Source: Ignavibacteria bacterium UBA6906 (GTDB taxonomy: Bacteria > Bacteroidota > Ignavibacteria > UBA10030 > UBA6906). Taken from it: a DNA stretch of 43,285 nucleotides. The stretch spans positions 7,375 through 50,659 of the forward strand of contig DKBG01000288.1 in NCBI GenBank assembly GCA_002451155.1. The letters run 5' to 3'. Made by a program: the position numbers and the translations under genes. Below are positions 39,199 to 43,285 of the stretch, piece after piece; within the stretch, counting starts at the first letter, position 1; every line of letters begins with the position of its first letter. The notes beneath the pieces were generated by a model. The model searched no databases and was not told where the DNA came from. It worked only from the letters and a program-made list of their open reading frames with translations.

Positions 39199-41208
39199 AT
39201 GAAGGACTTTCCATCTCTTGTCGAGTCAGTCTTCACGCCTGATCCGGGCGTGTCACCGTTTCCGGCGTTTGAGTACCGTCGCCAGCAGGCGCAGATGGCC
39301 GCCGCGATTGCGAGAACCCTGGAAGCGAAGGAAAACTATATAATCGAGGCGCCGACCGGCGTTGGGAAGACGCTCGCGTACCTTATCCCTGCATTGCTCC
39401 ACGAAGCGGATCGCAATGGACGCGTCATCGTGTCGACACATACGCGAAACCTCCAGGATCAACTGCTTCTGAATGATCTTCCTCTCGTCCAGCGCCTGAC
39501 AGGCAGGACATTCCGCGCAACAGTGCTCAAGGGACGGAGAAATTATCTCTGCCGGTCCCGGCTCACCCATGCGCTCGCTTCATCCCCCTCGCTTTTTGGG
39601 CGCCGCGATGAAGCCCTCCTTCGACGTATTGAAGAGTGGTCCGACCGGGAGCACGACGCCACATTCGAACGCCTCCCCTTTGCAGTGTCACAGGAACTCT
39701 GGAGTCTCGTCTGTTCCGAACCCGGCATTTGTAGCCCCCGCTCCTGCGGCTCGCGCTGCCCCTACCAGCGCGTCCGAACCCGAGCGAAAGAAGCAGATTG
39801 CGTCATTATCAACCATGCACTCCTGTTTACTCTGCTTGGCCGTCAGGAACGCGACGAGCACTTTCTCTTCGACGCGGGGGTGCTTGTCTGCGATGAGGCG
39901 CAGACCCTCGAAGCAGCGGCCGGAACCGGACTCGGAAAGCGGCTTTCCCTTTATCAGCTCACCGCTATGCTCCGCCGCCTTTACCACGCGAAATCCAAAC
40001 GCGGGCTGCTCGCAGACGAATCCGCGGAGACACGGAGATTGATCACGCGGGCGCAACGAGAGGCCCCGGGATTTTTCGCTCACCTCTCGGCGCTCTGCGT
40101 CGAACAGATGGACGCCGAGGACATTACCCCTCGCGCCGAGGCCAGGATGACACGCATCCGGCCTCCCCTCCTGAGACCTCATCCACTTCCTGAAATCCTG
40201 CAACAGATTGGAGAGATGCTGGAGAAATCGCTTGATCGCCCCGGTGCTCATTCCGTGCGCACCGAAGAACGACGGGGTATTGCGCGTTCCCTCACGGAGG
40301 CGTATGAGCTGATGAGTGAGATCTTCAACGGCCCGGACGCGTACCTGACCTACTGGATCGAATCGGGAACCACAGAGCGTGATCGGGTCGCTCTGTGCGC
40401 CCGGCCACTCGACATCAGCACGCTCGTAGGACCTGCACTGTTTCGTCCGCAGCACTCTGTAATCATGACGAGCGCAACGCTCGCCGTCGGTGGAAGCATG
40501 CACTTTTTCCAGAGCCGCATTGGCGCGGAAGGAGTCCCGACTCTCATCCTTGATTCCCCTTTCGACTTCCGGAAACAGATGCGCATCCGCATTGCCCGTG
40601 ATATCCCGGAACCCGATTCACCCCGCTACGCAACCTCCCTGCCGGCGTGGATTCTGCGATCGGTTGAGCGGACCGACGGCCGGGCGCTGGTGTTGTTCAC
40701 CTCAAATGCACTGATGCAGCCCATCGCTCGCTCCCTTCGCCCTGAATTTGAGCGGCGGGGTATCCGCCTGCTGGTGCAACGAAGCGATGGGTCCCGGACA
40801 CACCTCCTTGAAGAATTCCGCCGTGACATTCGATCCACCCTCTTCGGACTCGAAAGCTTCTGGATGGGAATAGACGTTCCCGGTGAGGCGCTTGAGCACG
40901 TCATCATAACCCGTCTTCCGTTCACGGTGCCCACCCATCCCCTGGTAGAAGCCCGGCTGGAATTGATCACCCGATCGGGCGGACATCCGTTTCTGGACTA
41001 CACGCTCCCGGAAGCAATCCTCCGCTTCAGGCAGGGCGCCGGCCGCCTGATCCGCTCAGGAACAGACCAGGGAACGTTAACGGTGCTTGATTCGCGAATT
41101 TTGAACAAAAGTTACGGGAGGTTGTTCGTTCGATCCCTTCCTTCCTGCCCTGTCGAGCTGGTGCGGGCCGATGGAGAGTCGGAAGAGATTTACCCCGTAG
41201 AATGGTGA
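39199..41208 (+). CDS. DinG/YoaA-family Fe-S 5'-3' DNA helicase
   Basis: Q motif FEYRRQQ, APTGVGKT, KGRRNYLC plus further Cys (C..C...CPY), INHALL, DEAQ, TSATL, FWMGIDVPG, QGAGRLIRS. Confidence 0.92.
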   Translation: MKDFPSLVESVFTPDPGVSPFPAFEYRRQQAQMAAAIARTLEAKENYIIEAPTGVGKTLAYLIPALLHEADRNGRVIVSTHTRNLQDQLLLNDLPLVQRLTGRTFRATVLKGRRNYLCRSRLTHALASSPSLFGRRDEALLRRIEEWSDREHDATFERLPFAVSQELWSLVCSEPGICSPRSCGSRCPYQRVRTRAKEADCVIINHALLFTLLGRQERDEHFLFDAGVLVCDEAQTLEAAAGTGLGKRLSLYQLTAMLRRLYHAKSKRGLLADESAETRRLITRAQREAPGFFAHLSALCVEQMDAEDITPRAEARMTRIRPPLLRPHPLPEILQQIGEMLEKSLDRPGAHSVRTEERRGIARSLTEAYELMSEIFNGPDAYLTYWIESGTTERDRVALCARPLDISTLVGPALFRPQHSVIMTSATLAVGGSMHFFQSRIGAEGVPTLILDSPFDFRKQMRIRIARDIPEPDSPRYATSLPAWILRSVERTDGRALVLFTSNALMQPIARSLRPEFERRGIRLLVQRSDGSRTHLLEEFRRDIRSTLFGLESFWMGIDVPGEALEHVIITRLPFTVPTHPLVEARLELITRSGGHPFLDYTLPEAILRFRQGAGRLIRSGTDQGTLTVLDSRILNKSYGRLFVRSLPSCPVELVRADGESEEIYPVEW

Positions 41209-41225
41209 TTTTTTTCATTTTTGTG

Positions 41226-41254
41226 TTTGAAAAGTCATACCAAAAAAGTATCTT
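41226..41254 (+). promoter_or_regulatory. Putative HU promoter in an AT-rich island
   Basis: (T)TTGAAA-N16-TATCTT with upstream T-tracts. AAGGAGG RBS at 41272-41278. Confidence 0.55.
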
Positions 41255-41282
41255 TTCTACCAACAATTGAGAAGGAGGATCA

Positions 41283-41573
41283 ATGGCAAAGGCAATGTCC
41301 AAGTCGGCGATCATCGCCCACTTTGCAAACAAGTTCGGCTTGAAGAAGAAACAGGTCGCCTCGATGTTCGAGGAGCAGGCAATGCTTGCTTATCGTGAAG
41401 CAAAGAACGCGTTCACGATCCCCGGTATCGGGAAGCTCGTCCTGGTGAATCGCAAGCCCCGCCTGGGCCGGAATCCAAAGACCGGAGAAACGATTCAGAT
41501 CCCGGCGAAGACTGTGGTGAAGTTTCGTGTAGCCAAGGCATGCAAGGAAGCTGTTCTTCCAAAAAAGTTCTAA
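41283..41573 (+). CDS. hup: HU-family histone-like DNA-binding protein
   Basis: MSKS.I, F.IPGIGKL, R..R.GRNPKTGE.I.IPA..VVKF. Confidence 0.92.
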   Translation: MAKAMSKSAIIAHFANKFGLKKKQVASMFEEQAMLAYREAKNAFTIPGIGKLVLVNRKPRLGRNPKTGETIQIPAKTVVKFRVAKACKEAVLPKKF

Positions 41574-41611
41574 CCGAAACATCTCACTCCCTCCCAGGTA
41601 TGCGCTTCACG

Positions 41612-41650
41612 TGAAGAGTCCCGGCTGTCGTCGGGACTCTTCATTCTTTC
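41612..41650 (+). terminator. Intrinsic terminator after hup
   Basis: Perfect 12-bp stem TGAAGAGTCCCG / CGGGACTCTTCA followed by TTCTTTC. Confidence 0.75.
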
Positions 41651-41674
41651 CCCTGTCAGTATTGCGTCCATGCG

Positions 41675-41703
41675 TTGACCTTCAGGGCATGGTTTACTAC
41701 ATT
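41675..41703 (+). promoter_or_regulatory. Putative promoter of the histidine kinase (likely leaderless)
   Basis: TTGACC-N17-TACATT, ending 8 nt before ATG 41712. Confidence 0.6.
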
Positions 41704-41711
41704 GCGTGCGT

Positions 41712-43285
41712 ATGAAGACCCCCGCCGCCCTCCTCAGAGAATTCAGGAGCAATCTCGGCCCCGTTGAACAGGCCCAGGTCGTCGCCTCCACTGCCGTCGT
41801 CGTCACGATGGCAACGATCATTTCGGCGATGCTTGCCACCGGCCAGTCTCCACGACTCATGGATTTTATCAGCATCCTTGCGGTGGGCACTATCGGGTTT
41901 ACCAGTGTCTATTTCTCGCTTCGCTACAGCCGACAGCTGGATGAACAGCGTCGCCAGCTTCTCGCTCTCAATACGATCGCGGAGGCTGTCAACAGGGTTG
42001 TCGAGCTCGAGTATGTGCTCAAGACTGCCCTTGAGCGGGTGACGGACCTGCTCGAAACCCCCTACGGGTGGATCTATATGGTCCAGGACGAACACCTCGT
42101 ACTTAAGGTCGCCAAAGGGACCTCCGTCGACTTCCTCGCGGCACATGATACGTCGATGTTGATCCCCTCCATCTGGCTGAACCAGCCGCGGGTTGAACAT
42201 GAACTCCTTAGCCGTTCCGCAAACCATATCCCCCCACTCTTGAAAGACCTGGGAATCCAGTTCTGGGCCTCCATTCCGCTCCAGACTATGGAGGAGATCG
42301 CGGGTGTACTGGTGGTCGCGGGGGGGAGATTTGACCTCTTTACCCCTAAGCAGGCTGAGTTGATGGAAGCCTTTGGCAATCAGATCAGCGTAGGAATCAA
42401 CAACGCCTTGCTTTTCGAGCGTGTGAAGACGTCAGAACGGCAGTATGCCGATCTTTTTGAGAACGCACCTGACCTGTATCTGACGATCGACCGATCCCAC
42501 CGTGTCGTCAGCTGCAACGCTACTGGCACCGACATGCTCGGGCGCCCCAAAGCCGAGATCATCGCACATTCGCTCGAGACGTTTTTCGTGGAATCCCACC
42601 GCGAGTCTCTCTACAACATCATTGAACGCATGTTCACTGATGCTCACGGACTCAAGGATGTGGACGAGGAAATTCCTCGTGTTGACGGCCGCAACGTCAG
42701 CGTGATTCTGAATGCATCGTTGGTCTTCGATGAAAAGGGCCATACAACGTACGCTCGCATCGTCGGCCGCGACATTACAGTCCGGAAAATGATGGAAGAG
42801 GCGCTACTGCACGCACAGAAAATCGATAGTATCGGGAACCTGGCCGGTGGCATTGCGCACGATTTCAACAACATCCTCGCGGCCGTGCTTGGCTCCGCCT
42901 CGATCATGCGCCGCAAGATGAGCGAAAAGTCGACTCTGACAAAGTATGTGGAGATTATCGAGTCATCTGCCCGTCGCGGCTCGTCACTGACCCGGCAGTT
43001 GTTGACATTTGCACGAAAGACCGAGACGATCGCCGCGCCGGTCGATCTGAACCGCCTGATCGAAGACACGCTTCACCTGTTCCAGCGAAGCGTAAGCAAA
43101 GAAATTGATGTGCGGACCTTTTTGACCACAGAGAGCGCGACGGTGCACGGTGATGATGGACAGATCCAGCAGGCATTGCTGAACCTCTTCCTGAATGCAC
43201 GCGATGCAATGCCTGACGGGGGAACGCTAAACGTCACGACCGCCGCAACCACGGCGGACGCACACACAACAAGTCAGTTTTCCTC
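41712..43285 (+). CDS. Membrane GAF-PAS sensor histidine kinase (3'-truncated; absent from the ORF track)
   Basis: Manual translation from ATG 41712: MKTPAALL, 2 TM segments, GAF (LLALNTIAEAVN...INNALLFE), PAS (LFENAPD), H-box LAGGIAHDFNNIL, N-box QALLNLFLNARDAMPDGG. No stop seen before the window end. Confidence 0.92.
   Translation, partial: MKTPAALLREFRSNLGPVEQAQVVASTAVVVTMATIISAMLATGQSPRLMDFISILAVGTIGFTSVYFSLRYSRQLDEQRRQLLALNTIAEAVNRVVELEYVLKTALERVTDLLETPYGWIYMVQDEHLVLKVAKGTSVDFLAAHDTSMLIPSIWLNQPRVEHELLSRSANHIPPLLKDLGIQFWASIPLQTMEEIAGVLVVAGGRFDLFTPKQAELMEAFGNQISVGINNALLFERVKTSERQYADLFENAPDLYLTIDRSHRVVSCNATGTDMLGRPKAEIIAHSLETFFVESHRESLYNIIERMFTDAHGLKDVDEEIPRVDGRNVSVILNASLVFDEKGHTTYARIVGRDITVRKMMEEALLHAQKIDSIGNLAGGIAHDFNNILAAVLGSASIMRRKMSEKSTLTKYVEIIESSARRGSSLTRQLLTFARKTETIAAPVDLNRLIEDTLHLFQRSVSKEIDVRTFLTTESATVHGDDGQIQQALLNLFLNARDAMPDGGTLNVTTAATTADAHTTSQFS

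Noticed and set aside
39199-41208. DinG as a type IV CRISPR (CasDinG) or defence helicase
   Set aside because: No cas genes, repeat array or defence partners are nearby. The context (MFS, HU) is housekeeping.

Overview
This is a gene-dense, GC-rich bacterial chromosome segment, almost all on the + strand. Protein families, the signal-peptide Gln+1 pattern and the promoter style suggest an FCB/Ignavibacteria-like lineage (inference). From left to right: an elongasome operon (5'-truncated mreB, mreC, mreD, mrdA, rodA) running directly into a LonC-like protease and a PLP-dependent aromatic amino acid decarboxylase; an IorAB-type Tat-exported molybdoenzyme, a HAD phosphatase and dcd; an accessory stretch (RtcB, RDD, DinB-like, lipoprotein, GNAT, PQQ-type propeller, macrodomain-esterase-TerC); maeB on the minus strand; M48-plsC-gatC-kdsB-DUF502-pyrG; a second accessory stretch (methyltransferase, Zn-ribbon membrane protein, secreted HExxH peptidase, TPR/GWxTD-like protein, cupin, ACT, Zn-ADH, OM beta-barrel, DUF2147, a probable gene remnant); an MFS transporter, a DinG-family helicase, HU, and a 3'-truncated GAF-PAS histidine kinase that the ORF track misses. 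I found no rRNA, tRNA, CRISPR array, transposase or integrase, and no unambiguous new system. The best leads are the mre-LonC coupling, the structured leader of rtcB, a recurrent TTG-N17-TAnnTT promoter with probable leaderless genes, and the peptidase plus GWxTD-like pair. All family calls come from motif recognition by eye, not database searches.
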